Shown here piece by piece: positions 6,610 through 15,256 of a stretch of 28,661 nucleotides of DNA. Within the stretch, counting starts at the first letter, position 1, and the number at the start of each line of letters is the position of its first letter. Source of the DNA: Archangium sp. (GTDB lineage Bacteria > Myxococcota > Myxococcia > Myxococcales > Myxococcaceae). A program made the translations under genes and the position numbers. The stretch lies in NCBI GenBank assembly GCA_031367385.1, contig JANLPS010000449.1, forward strand, positions 1-28,661, given 5' to 3'. The notes under the pieces are model-generated. The model made no database searches and was not told the origin of the DNA. It was given only the letters and a program-made list of their open reading frames with translations.

Positions 6610-7887
6610 ATGGGTATTCGAGGGCAACTGACGCTGCTGATCCCCGCCGTTCTTTTGCTCGGCCTTGGCATCGTCTCGGCCATTTTTCTTCAAACTGAAC
6701 GTCGAGACGCGCTCGAAGACTTTCGGTTGCTCAATGAAAAAGTGCTGCAGACCATGAGCGTGACGGTCGCGGTGCAGGTCGCTCAAAACGACATGGGCGC
6801 GCTCGACACCTTGGTCGCGCAGCTCTCGGAGTCGCTCTCGGAGCGAGATCTGCGAGAGCTTGCCGTGCTCGATGAGAATGGTCGGGTGTTGGCACACAGC
6901 AAGCCCGAGACCTTCAACACCGTGCTGACCGATGACTTCACCAAGCAGGCGATTGTCTCTCCAGTGGCGACCTGGGCGCGCGAGGGCGAGGTGTTTCGCA
7001 TCTCGGTGCCAGCCATCTCTGGGGTGCGCTGGGCGACGGTGACCGCGACGTACTCCCTCGAACGCTTTCAAGCCGCGCTGAACCGAACCGTGCAGCGGTT
7101 GTTGGTGGGCTCGTTGCTGCTCTTCACCGTGATGGGCGGCGTGATGTTTCTCGGCGTCGGCCTGCTGGTGGTGCGCCCGATTCGAACCCTTCAGCAGACT
7201 GTTCGTCGCATGGGGGAGGGGCACCTGACGGCTCGAGTGCCTCGGTTGGCCGGGCGCGAAATGCGCGAGCTGTCAGACAACATCAATGGCATGGCGGCGG
7301 CCCTGCAGTCAGAGCGTGAAAACCTCGAGCGCAGCGTGGCCGAGCGCACCAAGGAGCTGCAGGAGCTCAACGCGCGTTTGCAGTTGCTGGCGGTCACCGA
7401 CGGGCTGACCGGGGTGTTCAACCACCGGCGATTTCAAGAAGCCCTGCAGACCGAGTTGGTGCGCGCCGAGCGGCACAAGCGGCCGCTGTCGGTCTTGATG
7501 ATCGACGTCGATTTCTTCAAGAAGATCAACGACGCGATGGGCCACCCCGCGGGTGACGACCTGCTGCGCCGCCTGGCCGAGGTGCTCGGCGCCGATCTGC
7601 GGCAGACCGATTTGATCGCCCGCTATGGCGGCGAAGAGTTCACCGTGCTGCTGCCAGAGACCACCAAGAACGAGGCGATTCAAGTCGGTGAGCGCATGCG
7701 CGCGGCGGTCGAAGAGAAGGTAAACCAGGGCAGCCCGTGGAAGCAGAAGGTCACCGTCAGTCTCGGCGTCGCCACGTACCCCGACGACGGCATGACGGGC
7801 GAGGGCGTGCTCGAGGCGGCCGATCAAGCGATGTACATCGCCAAACGCCAAGGTCGTAACCGTGTCGTTGGAGCGCGCGCTGCATGA
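6610..7887 (+). CDS. Membrane-bound sensor diguanylate cyclase (TM, periplasmic domain, TM, HAMP, coiled coil, GGDEF)
   Basis: Two TM helices; HAMP RPIRTLQQTVRRMGEGHL...EMRELSDNINGM; VAERTKEL signalling helix; RYGGEEF with RQTD I-site. Start moved from 6532 to ATG 6610. Confidence 0.92.
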   Translation: MGIRGQLTLLIPAVLLLGLGIVSAIFLQTERRDALEDFRLLNEKVLQTMSVTVAVQVAQNDMGALDTLVAQLSESLSERDLRELAVLDENGRVLAHSKPETFNTVLTDDFTKQAIVSPVATWAREGEVFRISVPAISGVRWATVTATYSLERFQAALNRTVQRLLVGSLLLFTVMGGVMFLGVGLLVVRPIRTLQQTVRRMGEGHLTARVPRLAGREMRELSDNINGMAAALQSERENLERSVAERTKELQELNARLQLLAVTDGLTGVFNHRRFQEALQTELVRAERHKRPLSVLMIDVDFFKKINDAMGHPAGDDLLRRLAEVLGADLRQTDLIARYGGEEFTVLLPETTKNEAIQVGERMRAAVEEKVNQGSPWKQKVTVSLGVATYPDDGMTGEGVLEAADQAMYIAKRQGRNRVVGARAA

Positions 7888-8786
7888 GGTGCCTGTTCGC
7901 GCTGGTCGTCATCGCCGCCTGTACGCCGCTCGCCGAGCATTCTGTGCCCACTGCGCCGGTGCCGGTCGCCGCGACGGGGGTGTACCTGCCGCCGCCAGAG
8001 CTCAAGAAGCTCCGCTTCGGCCTCATCCCCTACCTCACGAAGGAGACCATTCGGCGTGGGCACGTGCCCATGGGCGAATACCTGAGCAAGTCGCTCAACG
8101 TGCCGGTCGACCTGGTCATCGCCGACAGCTACGGCGACGCGATCAACCGGCTCGAGAAGGGCGAGTTCGATCTCGTCGAGTTGAGCCCGTACGCCTTCGC
8201 GCAGGCCGAGCGGCGGGTGAAGTTGCGATGTCTGGCCCAGAGCATTCTCAACGGCTCGGCCACGACCACCGGGTACATCGTGGTGCGCGACGACAGCCCG
8301 ATTCGCACCTTGGGCCAGCTCAAAGGCTCGCAGTTCGCGTTCGTCGACCCCTCGTCGACCGCCGGCTACCTCTACGCGGCGAAGTCACTGCGCGACAACG
8401 GCATCGACCCCAAGCGCGACTTCGCGACGGTCGATTTTCTGGGCAACCATGAGGCGGTGCTGCTGGCGATTTTCGAAGGCCGGGTCGACGCGGGCGCGAC
8501 GTACCAGGGGGCCTTTCACGCGCTTCAGGTCTCGAAGGGCATCGACCCGTTGTCGTTTCGGGTCATCGGCAAAACGCCGCGAATGCCGAACGATGTGCTG
8601 TGTGTGCCGGCGAGCACTCCAGGTCAGCTTGGTGACGCGATCGCGCGAGCCGTGCTCTCGTTGTCGAGCCGAAGCCGCGACGGCAGGGCTGTGCTGGGCC
8701 CGCTCAACATGAACGGGTACCAGGCCGCTGACGACAGCACCTTCGATGGAGTGCGGCGCATCGCGGCCGAGGTCGGGCCTCCTTGA
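7884..8786 (+). CDS. Phosphate/phosphite/phosphonate-type (PhnD-like) substrate-binding lipoprotein
   Basis: Lipobox IAA-C; LRFGLIPY; SYGD; AFVDPSSTAGY; GNHEAV; VDAGA; MPND. ATGA overlap with the cyclase gene. Confidence 0.88.
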   Translation: MRCLFALVVIAACTPLAEHSVPTAPVPVAATGVYLPPPELKKLRFGLIPYLTKETIRRGHVPMGEYLSKSLNVPVDLVIADSYGDAINRLEKGEFDLVELSPYAFAQAERRVKLRCLAQSILNGSATTTGYIVVRDDSPIRTLGQLKGSQFAFVDPSSTAGYLYAAKSLRDNGIDPKRDFATVDFLGNHEAVLLAIFEGRVDAGATYQGAFHALQVSKGIDPLSFRVIGKTPRMPNDVLCVPASTPGQLGDAIARAVLSLSSRSRDGRAVLGPLNMNGYQAADDSTFDGVRRIAAEVGPP

Positions 8787-9553
8787 CGTTGCCACTGATG
8801 GTCACCGTCAGCTCGAGTGGCGGGGCCGCGCTGAATTCACGCGCCCGCGCCGCGGCCGACCAGTGGCAGGTGCCGTTCTACGAGCGACGGCGAAACGCCG
8901 GCCTCGAAGCGGCGATGGGTCAGGTCGCGGAGGCATTTCTCGTTCTCGGCGGAGACGGGTGGACCTTGCGCGACGCCTCGATCGAGCTGCGCTTCACTCC
9001 GGGCATGGCGGCGCTGCGCATCAAGCGAATCGAAGCTGGGTACACGCTCGACGATCACCTGGTGAAGCTGACCGAGCTCAAGGCGGGCGACTCGGTGCTC
9101 GACGGCACGCTCGGGCTTGGCGCCGACGCACTGGTATGCGCGCATGTGGTCGGGCCGACGGGCAGGGTGATCGGCATCGAGTCGTCGTTGCCGATTTACG
9201 CGTTGGTCTCTGAGGGTGTGAAATCGCAGAACCTTTCGCTCGAGGTTCGACATGGAGACAACCTCGCGCTGATGCGGTCGATGCCGGCGGCGTCGATCGA
9301 CTGCGTGATGCTCGACCCGATGTTCGACCAACCGAAGAAGTCGTCGCCGCACTTCGAGCTGCTGCGCCGGTTCGCCGATCACCGGCCGCTCGACGTCGAG
9401 ACCCTCAGCGAAGCCCGCCGGGTGGCGCGGCGCTGGGTGGTGGTGAAGGGCGGCCGGTACACAAAGGAGTTCGATCGGCTAGGGCTCAAGCCGACCTTCA
9501 CTTCGCGCTTCAAGTCGACGGTGTGGGCCCGGGTCGGGCCCCTCGCTGCGTAA
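8783..9553 (+). CDS. Class I SAM-dependent methyltransferase (RsmJ/YhiQ-like)
   Basis: Motif I VLDGTLGLGADA and motif IV MLDPMF. Start is TTG 8783 (overlapping the upstream stop) or ATG 8798. Confidence 0.8.
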   Translation: MTLPLMVTVSSSGGAALNSRARAAADQWQVPFYERRRNAGLEAAMGQVAEAFLVLGGDGWTLRDASIELRFTPGMAALRIKRIEAGYTLDDHLVKLTELKAGDSVLDGTLGLGADALVCAHVVGPTGRVIGIESSLPIYALVSEGVKSQNLSLEVRHGDNLALMRSMPAASIDCVMLDPMFDQPKKSSPHFELLRRFADHRPLDVETLSEARRVARRWVVVKGGRYTKEFDRLGLKPTFTSRFKSTVWARVGPLAA

Positions 9554-9556
9554 CCT

Positions 9557-11200
9557 TCAGGGGATGTCGGTCGGCGCACGGTTGGTGGCCTTCGGCAACC
9601 CTTCGCTGCCCATCACGCCCATCTTGCCCGACAGCGCGCCGGCCTCTTCGTGAGGCATCAGGTCTCGCGACGATCGGTAGAAGAACATCGGCGAGTACGA
9701 GATGAAGTTCGAGACCCGGCTCGTGTAGAGGCAGGCGTATTGCTCGACCTGCTCTCCGAAGCGGGAGTTTTCGCTGCCCTCTTTGAAGTGCAGGCCCCAG
9801 TACGGGTTGAACCCCTGCTCGACGTCGGCCTCGAGGGTCGTGACGATGTCGCTGGTCTCTTTGAGCGCCTTGCGAACGCGGTCGAGCTCGGTCTTGGTCA
9901 GCTTGAAGTCTTCTTCGAGCTCGGCCTTCACCGTCTCGTCGAGGTCTTTCTCTTTCGCGATGCGGCGCTCGATTTGGTTGAGCCGCTGCTTTCGCCACGC
10001 GACCTCGTCGTCGAGCCGTGCCTGCAGCCGCTCGATCTCGTTGAGCCGATCGATCTCTCCGGCGCGTGACTCGAGGTAGCCGATCTCGTCTTCGATCTCC
10101 TGAACGATCATGCACGTGCGCCACATCGACGTTTTTCGTGACTTGAGAATGTCGCCGTAGATGTGGTCTCCGACGTAGAGCACCGTGCTGCCTGCGTGCG
10201 CCGTCATGCGCTCGAAAGCACCCAAGTTGCCGCCCTGGTAGACTTTGCCGCGCTCGAGGCTGGTGGCTTCTCCGATGACCCGGTTCTCGTCGGTGGTGCC
10301 GTCGATCTCGAGAAACGGGTTGTGCTCGCCGAAGAACTCGGGCTTGCGCGCGCCGGTGATCACGTAGTCGAAATAATTTCGCCAGCTGGGGTACTCGGGC
10401 AGCGCGCCGTCGAGCAGGTACTCCATCACCACGCGGGTGTAGTCCCACAGTGAATTGGTCAGCACGAACAGCTTCTTGCCGCCCGAGCGAAGCTTGTGCA
10501 ACGCGGTCGCAAGCTCCGGGTCTTTGAAGATGTAGCGGCTGATGTCTTCGCGAATCACGGCCTTGAGCGAGTTGTCGCGGTGCACCGTGTCGATGGCCTG
10601 GCGAATGTCGTCGTACAGCTTGACCATGTCGATCGGGCGCTTGAGCACCTTTTCGTAGAGGTCGATCATGCCGGTGTAGAGGCAGGCTTCGGGTAGGGCG
10701 AAGAGCGTATCGATCCACGCGTATTCGGGGTTCTTCAGGCGAATGCGCTCGTTTCGATAGAGCTTGGTCAGCTCTTCATCGGGCAGCGGCGTGCGCCCGT
10801 GAAAGGCGCGACCGACGACTCCGAAGCGATCGATCTTGAGCAGGTTGCCGTGGTGTTTGTCGACGAACAGCCCTCGCATCACGAAGGAGTGATCGTAGGG
10901 CAAGGTGCGTATTTCTTCAGGGTAGCCGAACGCGGTGATCAGCCTGGTGACTGTCATGTCGTACGACAGCTGCTCGATGCGCCGCAGGTGGTAGATCGCG
11001 AGCGTGTAGTCCATATCGAAGCCAACCATCTCGACTTTGGACATGTGCAGGTTGCGGTTGACGAAGACCTGTCGGGCGACGGCAATTTCTTTGCCGTGGC
11101 GGTGCGCGAGAACGCGCTGAAGCTCGGGGTCGTCGAGCACTCGCTGGGCCCGGGCTTCGGCCTCCATGGCTCGTGCTCGGTCGATCGGCCCCTGAAACAT
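9557..11200 (-). CDS. HAD-superfamily IG 5'-nucleotidase (cN-II/NT5C2-like)
   Basis: QVFVNR, GFDMDYTLA (motif I), LTNS, ARKPEFF, LYVGDHIYGDI and YACLYTSRVSN. Start estimated at ATG 11200; the ORF track extends to 11413. Confidence 0.92.
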   Translation of the reverse strand: MFQGPIDRARAMEAEARAQRVLDDPELQRVLAHRHGKEIAVARQVFVNRNLHMSKVEMVGFDMDYTLAIYHLRRIEQLSYDMTVTRLITAFGYPEEIRTLPYDHSFVMRGLFVDKHHGNLLKIDRFGVVGRAFHGRTPLPDEELTKLYRNERIRLKNPEYAWIDTLFALPEACLYTGMIDLYEKVLKRPIDMVKLYDDIRQAIDTVHRDNSLKAVIREDISRYIFKDPELATALHKLRSGGKKLFVLTNSLWDYTRVVMEYLLDGALPEYPSWRNYFDYVITGARKPEFFGEHNPFLEIDGTTDENRVIGEATSLERGKVYQGGNLGAFERMTAHAGSTVLYVGDHIYGDILKSRKTSMWRTCMIVQEIEDEIGYLESRAGEIDRLNEIERLQARLDDEVAWRKQRLNQIERRIAKEKDLDETVKAELEEDFKLTKTELDRVRKALKETSDIVTTLEADVEQGFNPYWGLHFKEGSENSRFGEQVEQYACLYTSRVSNFISYSPMFFYRSSRDLMPHEEAGALSGKMGVMGSEGLPKATNRAPTDIP

Positions 11201-11282
11201 GCCGTGAATGGATTCCAAGATTTTCCCTTCGATTACGACGCGTGCTCTTGTAGCGGGAATGGCGCGGCGCCGCAGCAGAGCA

Positions 11283-11564
11283 ATGAGTGAGGTCGAAAAA
11301 GGGGCATTGACCTCGCGGCTCGAAGAGTTGGAGCTGCGGCTCAAGTTGCTCGAGGCCCGGGTTCGCAGGTCAGCGGCGCCGAAGAAAAAGCAGGGCAGGG
11401 TCTCGAGGGCCAATCAAGCGGCTGCGGCAGGAGGCCATCGCTGCCCTGGCTGCACGCTCGAGCTGCCCAAGGGTCGCCGGGGTGAGGTCTGCGTCTGGTG
11501 CGGGTTTCGTTTCGACGGCGTGGCTTTGCTCGAAGCCTCGCGTCGCACCGCGTCTGAACGGTAA
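11283..11564 (+). CDS. Small coiled-coil plus Zn-ribbon protein
   Basis: LTSRLEELELRLKLLEARV heptads, then CPGC...CVWC. Alternative start ATG 11259. Confidence 0.7.
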   Translation: MSEVEKGALTSRLEELELRLKLLEARVRRSAAPKKKQGRVSRANQAAAAGGHRCPGCTLELPKGRRGEVCVWCGFRFDGVALLEASRRTASER

Positions 11565-11576
11565 GTTCGACGCATC

Positions 11577-13199
11577 GTGTATCGGCTGCTCGGGCGCCTC
11601 GAGACTGGTGATTTGTCTGAGCTCTTTCGGGCCGAAGTCGACGGTCAGCCGGTGGTGGTGAAGCTGTTTCACGCTCGAACGACTGACGCGGCCTACGCCA
11701 AGGTGGTGGCCGATGCCGCCATTCACCTCCGGCCGGTGTCGCACCGCGGCATTGCCAAGGTGCTTCGGGTTGGGCTTACGGGTACGCGGCTGGCGGTGGT
11801 GCGTGATGGGTTCGGGCGGTACACGCTAGGGCAGGCGCTGATTCGGCTGAATACCCGCGAGGTTCACTTGCCGCCGGCGGTCGCGCTGAGCGTGATGGTC
11901 GAGCTGCTCGAGGCCGTCGAGGCGGCGCATGGGGTCGGCGTGATTCATGGAGCGATCACTCCGGGCAACGTGTTGCTGGCCGAAGATGGTGCCGTGGGTG
12001 TGTCTGATTTTGGCGCGCTGGCGGCGTTGCAGGCCTCGCCTTCGCTGCGCCGCGCCTTCGCCGGCAAGGGGCGGGGCAGCTACCGGGCTCCGGAGCTTGG
12101 CGCGAATGAGGCCGCGACGGTGGCGAGTGACGTGTTTGCGCTTGGGGCGCTGATGTACGAGCTGCTGACGATGCGAGAAGCGTCATCGGGCAACTCGCAG
12201 TTGGCGGTGCGCCGTGAGCGAATACCGGTGCCCTCGCGAGTGGTGCGCACGTTGAATTCGCGAATCGACGGCGTGGTGATGCGGGCGCTCGAGACCGACC
12301 CGAATCGGCGCTTTGGGTCATGCGCTGCCTTCTCGGGCGAGGTGCGTGAGTACCTCGCGTCGAGCGGCGGGGTGCCATCGCAAGACGACCGCCGGAAGTT
12401 CGTCGACGCGCTGTTTCCAAAAGACGTGGTGCTCGGTGCGCTGGGCCCGGTGCCCTTCGAGCAGTTCGAGATCAGCGACATCACTGGGGTTTTGGCGATT
12501 GAGGCAGAGCTCTCGGAGGTAGCGACGCGGGCGCCGTTTTCGAGCGATCGGGTCGAGACTGAGCCAGAGGTCCCCGTCGTCCCGTGGGATGTGCCTCCCC
12601 CAGCAGTGCTCGCCGAACCCTCTCGTGCTGAGCCCCATTCTCATGGTGAGCCCGTCGAGCCACGAACCTCGGGCGATGGGCCGCGAACCCCGAAGCAGCC
12701 CAGAACCTCTCATGGTGAGCCTGTCGAACCGCGAGCCCCCGAGGCCCCGCCCGGCGACGCGCCCCCAGCGCGCACCGACGAAGAGATCTCGCACACCGGC
12801 CCTCGACCCGACCACCAATCACGAGCGGCACCCACCGATACAGATCACCCCTCACTCGCCTCGCGCCTCGCCCGAATCGCGCCTTTCGTCGTTGGCACGT
12901 TCATCGTCGGCGCCGTCGCCACCGCCCTGGTCTGGGCCTCACGCGCACCTCCCGAGAGCAACGGCTGCCACCAACCCCCTCCCGCCGCCGGAGCCGCGTA
13001 CCTCATGCTCGGCGCCCCCATCGGCTCCGAAGTACAAATCGACGGTTTGCGAGTCTGCACCAACCCCGCGAACCGCCTCGTGCTGGCGCCAGGTGACCGG
13101 CGCATTCGCGTCACCCACCTGAAAACCGGCCAGGTCTACGAAGCCTCGACCCACTTCGAGGCAGGCAAGACCGTCAAGGTCACCGCGGTGTTCAAGTGA
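11577..13199 (+). CDS. Membrane Ser/Thr kinase-like protein (probable pseudokinase) with Pro-rich linker, TM helix and PEGA-like C-terminus
   Basis: VVVK, DFG, YRAPE and SDVFALG are present, but the catalytic loop reads IHGAITPGN. TM is FVVGTFIVGAVATALVWA; C-terminus APIGSEVQIDG...LAPGDRRIRV. Confidence 0.88.
   Translation: MYRLLGRLETGDLSELFRAEVDGQPVVVKLFHARTTDAAYAKVVADAAIHLRPVSHRGIAKVLRVGLTGTRLAVVRDGFGRYTLGQALIRLNTREVHLPPAVALSVMVELLEAVEAAHGVGVIHGAITPGNVLLAEDGAVGVSDFGALAALQASPSLRRAFAGKGRGSYRAPELGANEAATVASDVFALGALMYELLTMREASSGNSQLAVRRERIPVPSRVVRTLNSRIDGVVMRALETDPNRRFGSCAAFSGEVREYLASSGGVPSQDDRRKFVDALFPKDVVLGALGPVPFEQFEISDITGVLAIEAELSEVATRAPFSSDRVETEPEVPVVPWDVPPPAVLAEPSRAEPHSHGEPVEPRTSGDGPRTPKQPRTSHGEPVEPRAPEAPPGDAPPARTDEEISHTGPRPDHQSRAAPTDTDHPSLASRLARIAPFVVGTFIVGAVATALVWASRAPPESNGCHQPPPAAGAAYLMLGAPIGSEVQIDGLRVCTNPANRLVLAPGDRRIRVTHLKTGQVYEASTHFEAGKTVKVTAVFK
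12621..12737 (+). repeat. Short direct repeats (TCTCATGGTGAGCC(C/T)GTCGA(G/A)CC) inside the kinase linker, resembling a REP-like element
   Basis: Copies at 12639 and 12708 (69 bp apart) both encode SHGEPVEPR. A partial copy TCTCGTGCTGAGCCC starts at 12621. Confidence 0.7.
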
Positions 13200-13858
13200 C
13201 CACTCTCACCTCGGTACGCGTCTTTGCCGTCGAAGATCAGCCCCAGCTGCTCAAGAGCCTGCTCAAGTCACTCGCGCTCTACCCGGAGCTCGAGGTGGTC
13301 GGCACCGCCCAAGAAGGCGAAGCTGCGATCGACCAGATCACCGTCATCAAGCCCCAGCTGGTGCTCCTCGACCTCGAGCTGCCCGGCATCGACGGCATCG
13401 AGGTCACCCGCCGCTTGAAACGGCGCGTGCCCGAGGTCGAAGTGCTCATCTTGACCTCGTTCGACGACGAGCAAAAAGTCTACGAAGCGATGCAGGCCGG
13501 AGCTGCTGGCTATCTCGTCAAGCGTGTCGGCCCCGCGAAGATTCGCTCGGCGATTCACGACGTCATGTCGGGCGGTACGGTGCTCGAGGCCATCATCGCC
13601 AAGCGCTTCTGGCACTATTTTCACTCGCTTCGAACCCAGCACGCGCAGCCCCAGAACCCCTGGCAGCTCACCCTGCCCGAGCTCGAGGTGCTGCGCTTCG
13701 TCGCAAAGGGGCTCTCGAACGCCGAGGTCGGGCAGGCGATGTCAATCGAGCGGCGCACCGTGAAGACCCACCTCTCCCACGTGTACCGAAAGATGGGAGT
13801 CCACTCCCATGTGGACGCGGTCGTTCTCGCCGTCAAAGCAGGCATCGTCGAGATCTAG
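13196..13858 (+). CDS. NarL/LuxR-family response regulator (REC plus HTH)
   Basis: VEDQ, VLLDLELPGIDG (phospho-acceptor Asp), ILTSF, GYLVK, and LTLPELEVL...GLSNAEVG...TVKTHLSHVYRKMGV. GTGA overlap with the kinase gene. Confidence 0.95.
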   Translation: MTTLTSVRVFAVEDQPQLLKSLLKSLALYPELEVVGTAQEGEAAIDQITVIKPQLVLLDLELPGIDGIEVTRRLKRRVPEVEVLILTSFDDEQKVYEAMQAGAAGYLVKRVGPAKIRSAIHDVMSGGTVLEAIIAKRFWHYFHSLRTQHAQPQNPWQLTLPELEVLRFVAKGLSNAEVGQAMSIERRTVKTHLSHVYRKMGVHSHVDAVVLAVKAGIVEI

Positions 13859-13936
13859 CGCGCTGCATTTCGCTAAGCGAAGTGGCCGGTCGGCAGCTAC
13901 GGTGTGTGCGCATTTCACGTCGCAAGGAGCTTCGAT

Positions 13937-15256
13937 TTGACCACCCGTTCAGCCCGCTCGTCGAAGGGGCCAGTGTTGCCTCCGGCGCTCACCGCCATCG
14001 CCAAGTCAGTCATCGAAACGAAGCTGCCCAACGGCCTGCGCGTTCGCTTGATGCCGAACAAGAACGCCCCGACCTGCAGCTACTACACGTTCTTTCGAGT
14101 CGGCTCGCGCAACGAACGCCCCGGCCTGACCGGCATCAGCCACCTCTTCGAGCACATGATGTTCAACGGCGCGAAACGCTACGGCCCGGGCGAGTTCGAC
14201 AGCACTCTCGAGTCGAACGGCGGCACCTCGAACGCGTACACCTCGAATGACGTCACCGTGTACTACGCCGACTTCATGTCTGAAGCGCTCGAGAAGGTCA
14301 TCGACCTCGAGTCTGACCGCATGAAGTCGCTCAACATCACGCCCAAGATGCTCGAGAGCGAGCGCCAGGTGGTGATGGAGGAGCGCCGCATGCGAGTCGA
14401 CAATGAAGCCGACGGCGTGATGGACGAAGAGCTCTCGACGCTGGTCTTCAAGGCCCACCCCTACCGCTGGCCCGTCATCGGGTGGATGGGCGACATCGAG
14501 AACATCAACCGCGACGACTGCATGTCGTATTTTCGCACCTATTACGCGCCCAACAACGCGACCATCTACGTGTGCGGCGACTTCGACCCCAAATCGACGC
14601 TCAAGATGATCAAGAAGTATTACGGAGGCATCAAGCCGGGGCCGGCCGCCCCCGCGGTGCTCGACTCGGAGCCCGAGCAAAAAGGTGAGCGCCGCGCCTC
14701 GGTCAAGTACCCGGCGCAGGCACCCTCGTTGTTGATCGCCTGGCGTGGCCCGCGCGCGGTCGACGCCGACACCCTCACGCTCGATGTGCTGCAGTACGCG
14801 TTGAGCGTCGGCCAATCGAGCCGGCTCACCAAGGCGCTGGTCTACGAGCAAGAGTCTGCCGTCTCGGTCTCGGTCGATTGGTCGTGGCGCTTCGACCCGG
14901 GCCTGTTTCTCATCTCAGTCGAGCTCAAGCCAGGCGCAGACCCCGCGAAGACCGAAGCGGCGGTGTACGAGCAGCTCGAGAAAATCGCCGCGAATGGCCT
15001 CGAGCCCCGCGAGCTGCAAAAGGCGCAGAACAACCTCTCGGCGATGATGTTTCGCGAGCTCTCGACCAACAACTCGCGCGCACACTCCTTGGGCAACTAC
15101 GAGATGATGCTGGGCTCGTGGCGTGAAGGGCTCGCGCTGCCGACGAAGTACGAGGCGGTCACCTGCGATGACGTCAAAGCCGCCGCCGCGAGATACCTGA
15201 CGGCCGATCGACGCAGCGTGGTCACTCTGGTGCCGACTCCCGAGGCGTCAGCGTGA
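13937..15256 (+). CDS. M16 family zinc metallopeptidase, catalytic subunit
   Basis: GISHLFEHMMF (inverted HXXEH), NAYTS, ERQVVMEERR and YYAPNNA. Start is TTG 13937 after SD AAGGAG (13924-13929). Confidence 0.95.
   Translation: MTTRSARSSKGPVLPPALTAIAKSVIETKLPNGLRVRLMPNKNAPTCSYYTFFRVGSRNERPGLTGISHLFEHMMFNGAKRYGPGEFDSTLESNGGTSNAYTSNDVTVYYADFMSEALEKVIDLESDRMKSLNITPKMLESERQVVMEERRMRVDNEADGVMDEELSTLVFKAHPYRWPVIGWMGDIENINRDDCMSYFRTYYAPNNATIYVCGDFDPKSTLKMIKKYYGGIKPGPAAPAVLDSEPEQKGERRASVKYPAQAPSLLIAWRGPRAVDADTLTLDVLQYALSVGQSSRLTKALVYEQESAVSVSVDWSWRFDPGLFLISVELKPGADPAKTEAAVYEQLEKIAANGLEPRELQKAQNNLSAMMFRELSTNNSRAHSLGNYEMMLGSWREGLALPTKYEAVTCDDVKAAAARYLTADRRSVVTLVPTPEASA

Noticed and set aside
11201..11413. 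N-terminal extension of the nucleotidase
   Set aside because: It is antisense to the Zn-ribbon gene and reads as shadow sequence.
11555..11580. Fourth TGAAC...CGT motif before the kinase gene
   Set aside because: The spacer is 16 nt and the putative -10 overlaps the start codon, so it could not transcribe the gene.
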